Shown piece after piece: positions 18,296 to 25,955 of a stretch of 55,865 bases of DNA. Position 1 is the first letter of the stretch, and the number at the start of each line of letters is the position of its first letter. The DNA is taken from the IMG/VR virus record IMGVR_UViG_3300024520_000090, positions 1 to 55,865 of that record. One strand, 5' to 3'. The DNA is from a virus (Duplodnaviria; Caudoviricetes). Made by a program: the position numbers and the translations under genes. The notes under the pieces are model-generated. The model saw only the letters and a program-made list of their open reading frames with translations, searched no databases and was not told the DNA's origin.

Positions 18296-19194
18296 AACTA
18301 TACATCTTCGGAATAACCTACGGACCCTCTGGAAGTGGTAAGACCCTTGCTCTTATCCGTGCCTTCCCTAAGGGGCTATTCATTGCGCCAGAAGGCGCTC
18401 TACTCTGTGGCCAGCACCTAGCCTGGACGCCTGAAGGTAGGCTGTTCACGACCCTACAGGACGTGACAGATACTATTCGCAGGGAGCATACGAACTACCC
18501 AGCCATCATCGTTGATGACCTGTCGCTAACGCTGGACACAGAACTGACAGAGATACGCAAGAAGTTCCCTGGGTGGTCAGCCAACAGTGAACTGAACCGG
18601 CGTATCACCGTGTTACGAGATGCCGCTCGCTCGGCCCAGTGTCATGTGTTCTTCACCATGCACGAGAAGGCCCCACGCGAAGTCAAGCAGGATGGCAACA
18701 CCCGCTACATCCCTGGGCACCCGATGGTCCCTGGCTGGGAGATGGCAGAGAAGCTACCCGCCATGTGTGACTTCGTTGCTCGTGTTGTCTATGACGAGAC
18801 CGTACCATGGCCGTGGCCCTACCAATATCAGACTGGGCCTGACCAGAACTACGTCACTAAGGACCGCCTGGGGATCTCCCCGCACAAGTTCCCTATGAAC
18901 ATACGGGCTCTCCTCAAAGCCTCTGGTGCCGAACTGCCGAGGCCCAAAGAACTTCAGTGGATGGACACTGTCGTCTCGCAACTAGCCCCGAAGCTAGTAC
19001 CACTCCTTGATGACGTGGACGAGATGAAAGCCCTCTTCAACAAAGTTGCCTCGAAACTCTCGAAGCATAAACCCGAGCACGTCATCTGGTGTCTTAGTGA
19101 CGCCATCGACGAAGCCCAGTTACTACAACACGAATCGACAAAGGTCGAATCATTCATCAACAACCTAACATTAGGAGATACCCATGTCATCTGA
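18292..19194 (+). CDS. AAA_24/Sak4-like ATPase (recombination)
   Basis: YGPSGSGKT Walker A, IIVDDLS Walker B, KDR arginine motif; lies between nuclease and SSB-like gene. Confidence 0.8.
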   Translation: MKLYIFGITYGPSGSGKTLALIRAFPKGLFIAPEGALLCGQHLAWTPEGRLFTTLQDVTDTIRREHTNYPAIIVDDLSLTLDTELTEIRKKFPGWSANSELNRRITVLRDAARSAQCHVFFTMHEKAPREVKQDGNTRYIPGHPMVPGWEMAEKLPAMCDFVARVVYDETVPWPWPYQYQTGPDQNYVTKDRLGISPHKFPMNIRALLKASGAELPRPKELQWMDTVVSQLAPKLVPLLDDVDEMKALFNKVASKLSKHKPEHVIWCLSDAIDEAQLLQHESTKVESFINNLTLGDTHVI

Positions 19195-19762
19195 CTGGAG
19201 TTTTACCGCCGACTTTACCAACGTAACCGCCGCAGGAATGGGGGGAGCCCCGACTGAGGAGTGCTACTGCAAGGTGAAGCTATACGCTTCCGAGATCCGA
19301 GAGACTGCCAAGGGAGCCCAACGAGTTGTATTTCGTTGCATGGTGACCGAGGGCAAGCACGCCAGCGCAGTCATCACCGATGGGCAGAACTTCCCTACAC
19401 CCGAGAATCAGATCTGCCTCCGCTACTGGAAGGCACTCCTTACTTCGATTGGCGTGACCGCAAAGGCGCTCGCTAAGAAAGAGGTCAAGATCAACGGGAC
19501 GTCCCTGATGGGACGAGAAGGGTTTGTTCACTTCATCCCTGCACCCGAGGGTGGCTACAGCCAAGTGCGCTGGCTCAGTGCTCAGCAGTTCAAGACTCTG
19601 TCCGCTAAGCAGGTCGTAGAAGAGCCCGAGGCTGCACCAGCCAAGAAGGCCAAGAAGGCCAAGAAGGTTGCACCCATCGAAGTGGATGCTGCTCCTGAGG
19701 AGGAGCCTGAAGTTGTCCCTGTCGCTGCTGATTCGGATGACCCCTTGGACTTCTTGATCTAA
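19184..19762 (+). CDS. DUF669-like single-stranded DNA-binding protein
   Basis: OB-like core, acidic tail ending DDPLDFLI; typical position after a Sak4-like gene. Confidence 0.7.
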   Translation: MSSDWSFTADFTNVTAAGMGGAPTEECYCKVKLYASEIRETAKGAQRVVFRCMVTEGKHASAVITDGQNFPTPENQICLRYWKALLTSIGVTAKALAKKEVKINGTSLMGREGFVHFIPAPEGGYSQVRWLSAQQFKTLSAKQVVEEPEAAPAKKAKKAKKVAPIEVDAAPEEEPEVVPVAADSDDPLDFLI

Positions 19763-19771
19763 CATCTAACC

Positions 19772-19830
19772 GGAGGGGGTCCTGTGTAACTTGGGTAACT
19801 AGGTTGCTGCCAAGCAGGGTCCTCTCCTTT
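19772..19830 (+). terminator. Long imperfect hairpin followed by TTT (terminator or RNase III-like site)
   Basis: GGAGGGGGTCCTG...CTTGG-GTAAC-TAG-GTTGC..CCAAG-CAGGGTCCTCTCC pairs with G-U wobbles. Confidence 0.5.
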
Positions 19831-19846
19831 CCCTTTAGGAGAACGT

Positions 19847-20221
19847 ATGGAACCCAAGAATTATTATGTTTATGAAATGCCACCTATTGACTTGTGGCAC
19901 GGTACAGTTGACCTAGACGGACTGCCCCTTGAGTTTCGAGAACGAGCCACGAGCTTGGGCATGATCTTCTCTACCCTACACTCGGAGGATAAGTGGAGAA
20001 ACCCCCCCAGGTTTGGTTTCGCGTATGAACTAGGCAACTGCGAGTTGCAGTTGTGGGCGTTCAGGAAGCTAGAGCACGCTGGGGCCACCGTAATAGCGAG
20101 CCCCACTCCGCCTAACTTTGCTGCACATGGCGAGGAACCGGTCGTAGACCATGGTATACGGTTACTTGGCTGGGAGGACTCCCCCCCGTTTGCCCCACCT
20201 GTACTGAACGCCTGTCTCTAG
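19847..20221 (+). CDS. Hypothetical protein flanked by direct repeats
   Basis: AGGAG RBS; 124 aa. Confidence 0.7.
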   Translation: MEPKNYYVYEMPPIDLWHGTVDLDGLPLEFRERATSLGMIFSTLHSEDKWRNPPRFGFAYELGNCELQLWAFRKLEHAGATVIASPTPPNFAAHGEEPVVDHGIRLLGWEDSPPFAPPVLNACL

Positions 20222-20259
20222 GAGACGGACTTAAGCAACCCCTGTCTTTAGGAGAACCT

Positions 20260-22716
20260 ATGGAACCTCTATGCGAGGAATGCCCTTTGTGCGCCCACTG
20301 GATGGAGCGCCAAAAGTGGTCACCTGTGCCCAGTGAGATCAACCCTGGAACCGACATTATTCTGGTGGGTGAAGCTCCTCGCATGGATGATACCACTGTC
20401 CAACGGCCCTTCATGGACGCGCACGGGGTTGAGGTGGTCGAGGCTCTTCAGGCTATCGGTGAGTCCCGGAAGTCTGTCTCATGGGCTAACGTCTGTGCCT
20501 GTCGATTCCCCCACGACAAACCGGATAACTTCCTGGCTGCGCTACGGAAGACGAACCGCACCCGAGTGCGCGCAGGAAAGGAGCCCGTCCCTTCTCCGAT
20601 GGACTGTTGCCGTCCGCGACTTCAGGCCGAGCTAGATGCCCATACCAATATCATAACAGTGGGATCACTAGCGGCGAAGGCGGTCTTACCTGGCAACCCG
20701 AGCCTGGGGGCCATCCGAGGTGGGCCTACCCGTGTAGGCACAACCAAGGTGCTTCCTGCTCATGCCCCTTACTTCATCCGACATAAGCCCCAATGGCGCT
20801 CTGTCTTCCGTGGCGACATCGCCAAAGCCTTCCGCTACTTCAAGGGCAAGCTACGTTGGGAAAACCCAGCAGTCTTTATGGAACCCAGTGCAGCCGACCT
20901 GCGCGCCTTCCTAGAGAAGTGCAAGGCGTCACGTACCCCTGTGTCCTATGATGTGGAGACCGATGGCATTGAGTCCATGACATGCGAGCTACGCTGCATA
21001 GGCATCGGCACCAAGGACACCGTCTATATTGTCCCCCTGCTCACAATAGGGGGCGAGCCTGCCTTCTACCTCGGGGACCTCCGAGAAGAGATGCAAGAGG
21101 TTCTCCGCTGGTTCTTTGTTGATAGTGACCTAATCAAGATAGGCCACAACGCAGGCTACTACGACCGCATCGTTATCGAGCAGCACCTTGGGGTCACCCC
21201 TCTCCCGCTTATCGATACCATCCTCCTACATAAGCTTGCTCGAAGCGAGTACCCGCATGGGCTGGCCCACATCGGGTCAGTGGAAACCGACGTACCCGCA
21301 TGGAAGTCTGAGCACACGGCGACCACGGCTCAATCTGACATCGAGCTTTGGCGCTACTGCGCGACAGACGTAGCAGTAACCGCCCGCATAGCTCCTATTG
21401 TCTATGAGCAGGTGAAGCAACGGGACCAGCTTTCTCTCTACTCGCTGGACCTGAAGCTCCAGGAGATGTGCGTGGGGATGCACCGGCTAGGTGTACGCAT
21501 CGATGAGGAACGACGTAAGACCCACGAGCGCACGTTGCTGATGGACCAGAACATCCAGCTTACTCTCATCCAAGAACAGGTGGGGGGCACGTTCAACCCG
21601 AATAGCCACGACCAAGTCAGGCGTCTCTTGTTTGACAAGTGGTCGCTACCAGCCCACAGCTACACGGGGACAGGGGAACCTAGCACCAATGCTGCCACCT
21701 TGCGCTGGCTGGTGGCTAACCCGCTCCTCGATGAGCAACAACGGATTACCGTAAACTCCCTACGCAAGTACCGAAAGGTGACTAAGCTACTCGACACCTA
21801 CGTCCGTAAGCTCTCACCCGATGGGGGCTGGGTGGATAGCGATGGGTATGTCTACCCCGACTACAACGTACACGGTACGGTCAGTGGGCGCTTCTCTAGC
21901 TCTAACCCTAACTTCCAGAATATCCCCTACCAGCTACGGAACATCTTTGTCCCTGCGCCGGGCATGGTTTACGTAGGCGCCGATTTCGACCAGCTTGAAC
22001 TGCGCTTAGCCTCGGCACTTTCAGGTGCTACCCACTACCTGGACGCTTTCGGGAAGAGGGAGATAGACCCGCATAACCTGACAGGCGAGATGATGTTCGG
22101 GGATGAGTTCTGGTCAGTCGACGGAGCACCTGACACAAAGCTGGGTAAAGGCTCCGGTCAGTTCAAGTCCTTGCGGGACCTAGCTAAGACCATCTGCTTT
22201 GCCTCTCTCTATGGGGCAGCCCCTCCTAAGGTACATGAGCTTCTCATGCAGGCCGAGGACAAGGCTGGCAACTTACTTTATGCCCACTACTCCATCAGGG
22301 AGGTTAGGGCACTACATCGGCGGTGGCTTCGAGCAGCACCTCAATTCGAGGCATGGTGGGAACAACAGCTAGAATACTGGCGAATCAATGGCTATGTCGA
22401 AGAGCCTGTTTTGCGCCGCCGCCGATACTTTCATCAAGAAGACTTCAACGCTATTGTTAACTTCCCCGTGCAAGCGGGGGGGTTCAGTATTGTCGCGCAA
22501 GGTATGCTCGACTTAATCAAGGAGGTCCCGTTTATCCCTAAGGAGAGGCGGGGGCTTGTTAACCAGTTGCATGACGCGGTGCTATTACAGGTACCGGAGG
22601 CCCATGCAGACACGGTCAAAAGGATAGTTACTGACTGCTTAACCCGGAGGGTAGACGGACTCCCCGTCACCTTTACGGCTGATGCACACGTAGGCTACTC
22701 TTGGGACCAAGTATAG
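20260..22716 (+). CDS. polA: Family A DNA polymerase with N-terminal UDG-like domain and 3'-5' exonuclease
   Basis: CxxC, LVGEAP and NVCACR (family-4 UDG-like); YDVETD and GHNAGYYD (exonuclease); GRFSSSNPNFQNIP, ADFDQLELR, AKTICFASLYG, QLHD (PolA motifs). Confidence 0.92.
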   Translation: MEPLCEECPLCAHWMERQKWSPVPSEINPGTDIILVGEAPRMDDTTVQRPFMDAHGVEVVEALQAIGESRKSVSWANVCACRFPHDKPDNFLAALRKTNRTRVRAGKEPVPSPMDCCRPRLQAELDAHTNIITVGSLAAKAVLPGNPSLGAIRGGPTRVGTTKVLPAHAPYFIRHKPQWRSVFRGDIAKAFRYFKGKLRWENPAVFMEPSAADLRAFLEKCKASRTPVSYDVETDGIESMTCELRCIGIGTKDTVYIVPLLTIGGEPAFYLGDLREEMQEVLRWFFVDSDLIKIGHNAGYYDRIVIEQHLGVTPLPLIDTILLHKLARSEYPHGLAHIGSVETDVPAWKSEHTATTAQSDIELWRYCATDVAVTARIAPIVYEQVKQRDQLSLYSLDLKLQEMCVGMHRLGVRIDEERRKTHERTLLMDQNIQLTLIQEQVGGTFNPNSHDQVRRLLFDKWSLPAHSYTGTGEPSTNAATLRWLVANPLLDEQQRITVNSLRKYRKVTKLLDTYVRKLSPDGGWVDSDGYVYPDYNVHGTVSGRFSSSNPNFQNIPYQLRNIFVPAPGMVYVGADFDQLELRLASALSGATHYLDAFGKREIDPHNLTGEMMFGDEFWSVDGAPDTKLGKGSGQFKSLRDLAKTICFASLYGAAPPKVHELLMQAEDKAGNLLYAHYSIREVRALHRRWLRAAPQFEAWWEQQLEYWRINGYVEEPVLRRRRYFHQEDFNAIVNFPVQAGGFSIVAQGMLDLIKEVPFIPKERRGLVNQLHDAVLLQVPEAHADTVKRIVTDCLTRRVDGLPVTFTADAHVGYSWDQV

Positions 22717-22724
22717 GAGATCGA

Positions 22725-24023
22725 ATGTCCATTCCACATATCACAGGGATACACACTAATATCAAGTTTCCCTCATCTATCGTAATCAACAACCTAAGCC
22801 CGCATGTGCTGGTCACAGGCGCGAACGGATCGGGGAAGACCGCTCTCATCAACGCCCTTGAGCTAGCTCTAACAGGGGAAGCCCGCGACATTGGTGGCCG
22901 CTCCTCCTCTCGGACAGGCTCGATCTTGTCCAACCTGATCCCCCCAGGAGAGGCGAGCCTCTTCAGCTATGTCACCTTTAGTGACGGCACCGAGGCTAGC
23001 TGGGTACTAGAACGGGGCAAACGAGCGAAGCACTCACCCCCACCTCATACGACAGTGCTCCTGATGAAGGAGATCTTGAATGCCTTAGGTGGGAGTAAAC
23101 TCTCTATTGCCCGCTTCCTTATCCGATACTTCACCATGACAACTAAGTACATGTCCCAGGGTGAGGGGTTCCTGAATGCCATCGAGTTCCTCGCTGCCGA
23201 GGAGAGAGCGCGCAAGACGCTTAACTCCTGGAAAGCCGAGTATAAAGCCCTGGCTACGGCGCTAGAAGTCCTTGGCGCCCACGCAGAAGGGGCCTCGGCC
23301 CACACCGCCAAGGTAACCAACCTCCTCGCGATGCAACGCCTGCTTCGACTCCAGCTTGATAATAACCTTACGGGGTGTGGAGTCTGTGGCAAGACCGGCG
23401 CTATGGAGACCTTCGGGGCTCGTCTCGCCAAAGTGGAAGGGGCTATAGCAAAGCTTGGGGGAGCCCAAGTCCCCGAGCGGGTAGAGGCTCTCCAGCACGC
23501 GCTCGCAGAGACCCAGGTCCACATCGACCAAGCGACTGAAGCACTCGCGTTCATCCATGCTCAAATCTATGAGAAGGTAGAGTTTGTGGCCATACCCATC
23601 TTCCAACGGCTCGTCTCGGAAAGGATGGCGGAAGCGGTTGGGGTGACTACCACGAAGCAGCATTACTTCATCGGGTTCCTCGTTGAAGACCCGGATAACG
23701 AGCGTCAGGTGTGCCCTCACATCAGTGGGGCTGAGCTAGTACGCATGGCGTGCGCCATTGCCCGTGCCATTATCGATACGATGGACCAGCAACCTGAGCC
23801 CTTCTTCCCTGTTATGATCACCCCAGACCGAGGGATCGACCCGAAGACGCTGAAAACCCTGATGTTGACTTTAAGGGAGGTTCCTGCTACAACTATCTTG
23901 CAGAATCCCACGCAACCCCGAGGCCGTCCGACTACCGGCTGGACTCGGATTATTCTTGGCTCAGACCAGATAGAGGTTATCCGCGATGGCATCGACGCCA
24001 AAGAACAAAGCAGTGTCGGATAA
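22725..24023 (+). CDS. Rad50/SMC-like ABC ATPase
   Basis: TGANGSGKT Walker A, coiled coil with central CGVC hook, ISGAE signature. Confidence 0.7.
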   Translation: MSIPHITGIHTNIKFPSSIVINNLSPHVLVTGANGSGKTALINALELALTGEARDIGGRSSSRTGSILSNLIPPGEASLFSYVTFSDGTEASWVLERGKRAKHSPPPHTTVLLMKEILNALGGSKLSIARFLIRYFTMTTKYMSQGEGFLNAIEFLAAEERARKTLNSWKAEYKALATALEVLGAHAEGASAHTAKVTNLLAMQRLLRLQLDNNLTGCGVCGKTGAMETFGARLAKVEGAIAKLGGAQVPERVEALQHALAETQVHIDQATEALAFIHAQIYEKVEFVAIPIFQRLVSERMAEAVGVTTTKQHYFIGFLVEDPDNERQVCPHISGAELVRMACAIARAIIDTMDQQPEPFFPVMITPDRGIDPKTLKTLMLTLREVPATTILQNPTQPRGRPTTGWTRIILGSDQIEVIRDGIDAKEQSSVG

Positions 24024-24141
24024 AGTGTCTAAGCTAGCGGGGGAAGGCTACAAGCAAAAGCAAGCTGTAGCCATTGCCTTGAACATGAAACGAGAAGGTA
24101 AGCTAGGCCCCAAAGGTGGCTACAAGAAGGAGAAGTCGTAA
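23986..24141 (+). CDS. Small basic protein with KQAVAIAL motif (51 aa; absent from the ORF track)
   Basis: MASTPKNKAVSDKVSKLAGEGYKQKQAVAIALNMKREGKLGPKGGYKKEKS; GAGG RBS; TAATG coupling to the next gene. Confidence 0.65.
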   Translation: MASTPKNKAVSDKVSKLAGEGYKQKQAVAIALNMKREGKLGPKGGYKKEKS

Positions 24142-24404
24142 TGGAAAAGGACACGGAAGAAGATAAGTATGATGTATCTAAGCTCAGTCTAGAGACTCTG
24201 AAGAACCCTAAGATGCTCATCGCAGGGGCTATTGCAGCCCTGGGTGGGGTCATGTACGCGGGCGACGGGTTTACCTTCGAGTTCTCTACTTGTGTAGTAG
24301 AGGAAGACGAGACTGCCTTAGAGGTTATTGAACTGGAAGCTCCTGAGGAGCCGCAGGAAGATCCCGAGGAAGCTCCTGAGGAGCCTGAAGCTGCGTCGGG
24401 ATAG
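24141..24404 (+). CDS. Small membrane-associated protein with acidic tail
   Basis: Hydrophobic MLIAGAIAALGGVMY followed by an E/P-rich tail. Confidence 0.6.
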   Translation: MEKDTEEDKYDVSKLSLETLKNPKMLIAGAIAALGGVMYAGDGFTFEFSTCVVEEDETALEVIELEAPEEPQEDPEEAPEEPEAASG

Positions 24405-24771
24405 GCGTGCCAATCAAAGCGGCCACCTGCTGTATGTCCGCCATCCGAGTTCCGAATAAAGATAAGGTGATAGCGATCACGATCACGATAGTCTGAGGGT
24501 TGACGAGACTCTTGAGCCATTGCCTATGTGCGATTTGTGCCTTGGTCTCTAGCTCTTCCCTACGAATACGGTACTCGCGTGCGTCCTTCTCCCGTTCCTC
24601 AAGCAGGTCCATCATACGGATCTGTTGGGTGGATAGGATCCCATGCCGCTCTTCCGCCCGGTCTCCCATGACATCTATCTGGATACCGATCTTAGACACG
24701 TCGAGCTTCAACGTATTGACATCGGTCTCTAGTAGGGAAATCCGTCGACCATGTTGATCTAGCTCGCTCAT
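24325..24771 (-). CDS. Coiled-coil plus transmembrane protein, holin/lysis accessory candidate
   Basis: N-terminal coiled coil, TM segment TIVIVIAITLSLFG; coupled to the lysin gene. Confidence 0.55.
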   Translation of the reverse strand: MSELDQHGRRISLLETDVNTLKLDVSKIGIQIDVMGDRAEERHGILSTQQIRMMDLLEEREKDAREYRIRREELETKAQIAHRQWLKSLVNPQTIVIVIAITLSLFGTRMADIQQVAALIGTPIPTQLQAPQELPRDLPAAPQELPVQ

Positions 24772-25352
24772 AGTTCACTGCCCTCAAGAAGAGTATAGGT
24801 GAAATGATCCCCATAACGCGAGCAAGACCTCCTGACAATAGCCAGTAGTTCCGCATAGTCATGCGGGTTCGCGAGCACTTGGCATCCGGCTGACCACCGG
24901 TCTACATTCTGAGAAGTAGAGTTAGCGTTAGCCCGGTGGATATTGATACCGTAGACACCCGAAGAAGTGTTCCCCTCCCAATCAAGGATCTCGTCCTTGT
25001 TGTTGTCGCGCCAGACAGAGATAGGCTTAGCCTGGACAATAGCGTTGTAGCCCTTGTGTAGCCCTAGTGTATAGGCCCCTCGGTACTGTCCAGGTACTAC
25101 GATGGCGCTCCCACGCACGTTGAGAGGGTTCTCGCGGTAGTATACACCTGGGTCTGTAGTGCAGGGCCAACGGCGGAAGGTCCAGTGCCCCCACTCATCG
25201 CACCATGTACAAGTCATCCAGTCATTAAACCCGTTAGAGAGAGGGTCGGGATGTCGGATACCCACGAGGTTGATCGACTCGGGACGGCAGAACCAAGCAT
25301 AGCTCTTGCGTACCATGGCCTCTTGTACGTTATCTAGTGTAGGTAGATTCAT
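24768..25352 (-). CDS. Putative endolysin, L,D-transpeptidase-like (H...SxGC) peptidase
   Basis: NLVGIR, TTDPG, GINIHRA and WSAGCQV motifs; sits at the end of the late arm. Confidence 0.7.
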   Translation of the reverse strand: MNLPTLDNVQEAMVRKSYAWFCRPESINLVGIRHPDPLSNGFNDWMTCTWCDEWGHWTFRRWPCTTDPGVYYRENPLNVRGSAIVVPGQYRGAYTLGLHKGYNAIVQAKPISVWRDNNKDEILDWEGNTSSGVYGINIHRANANSTSQNVDRWSAGCQVLANPHDYAELLAIVRRSCSRYGDHFTYTLLEGSEL

Positions 25353-25570
25353 TTTCTCGCTCGGTTCTTGCTCTGGGCCTCAAACCCCGAGATCTTACCC
25401 CCCTTATGGGAAGCGTCTAGTTTGTCGCCGTTGCCATGCGTGCCCTTGTCCCTGTTGTACTGCTGGAGGTCTTTCCGGTAGTCTTTCCGGGACTCGGAAG
25501 CGTTGTCCCGTAGGTACTCCTTCCGGTAGTTTCTCCGTACCGCTTTTGTCTTGGCTTCTTGAAGCCCCAT
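25349..25570 (-). CDS. Small basic HNH-like protein
   Basis: RNYRKEY...GDKLDASHKGG...SKNRAR pattern of minimal phage HNH proteins. Confidence 0.55.
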   Translation of the reverse strand: MGLQEAKTKAVRRNYRKEYLRDNASESRKDYRKDLQQYNRDKGTHGNGDKLDASHKGGKISGFEAQSKNRARK

Positions 25571-25953
25571 CACCCCTCCAGCTTACCGGCCTCTTCTAGT
25601 TTATCATACACCTGCTGGACGAGTGGCTCTAGCGTACTACGTGCAATAGCCTGGAGCAGTATCCCATCTAGAGCTTCAAAGGGGAGACTCAACCAAGGGG
25701 GTAGACCGTTCCACTTCAGGAAGGTGTCCGCTTGAACTGCCATCTCTTCGATGACCTCTTCCATCTTCCCCCACCCTGGGAGGGCGTCTGCTGCAACTTC
25801 TAGGATTAGCTCTTCTGCTAAGGACTCAAGCACGTCTAGCTTGATCCCCAGGAACGGACCGCGCTCTTCCTTACGCTCTTCCCTACGCTCTGCTCGGAGA
25901 GCTTGACGCGCTTCTCTAGCTAGGGTCTGGCGCTCTTCCTTAGTGAGTAACAT
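25570..25953 (-). CDS. Hypothetical protein
   Basis: 127 aa, translationally coupled. Confidence 0.65.
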   Translation of the reverse strand: MLLTKEERQTLAREARQALRAERREERKEERGPFLGIKLDVLESLAEELILEVAADALPGWGKMEEVIEEMAVQADTFLKWNGLPPWLSLPFEALDGILLQAIARSTLEPLVQQVYDKLEEAGKLEG

Positions 25954-25955
25954 CG

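Noticed and set aside
24029-24520. 163-aa Ser-rich minus-strand ORF and the many other antisense ORFs in the track
   Set aside because: Shadow frames of better-supported genes that have an RBS and translational coupling
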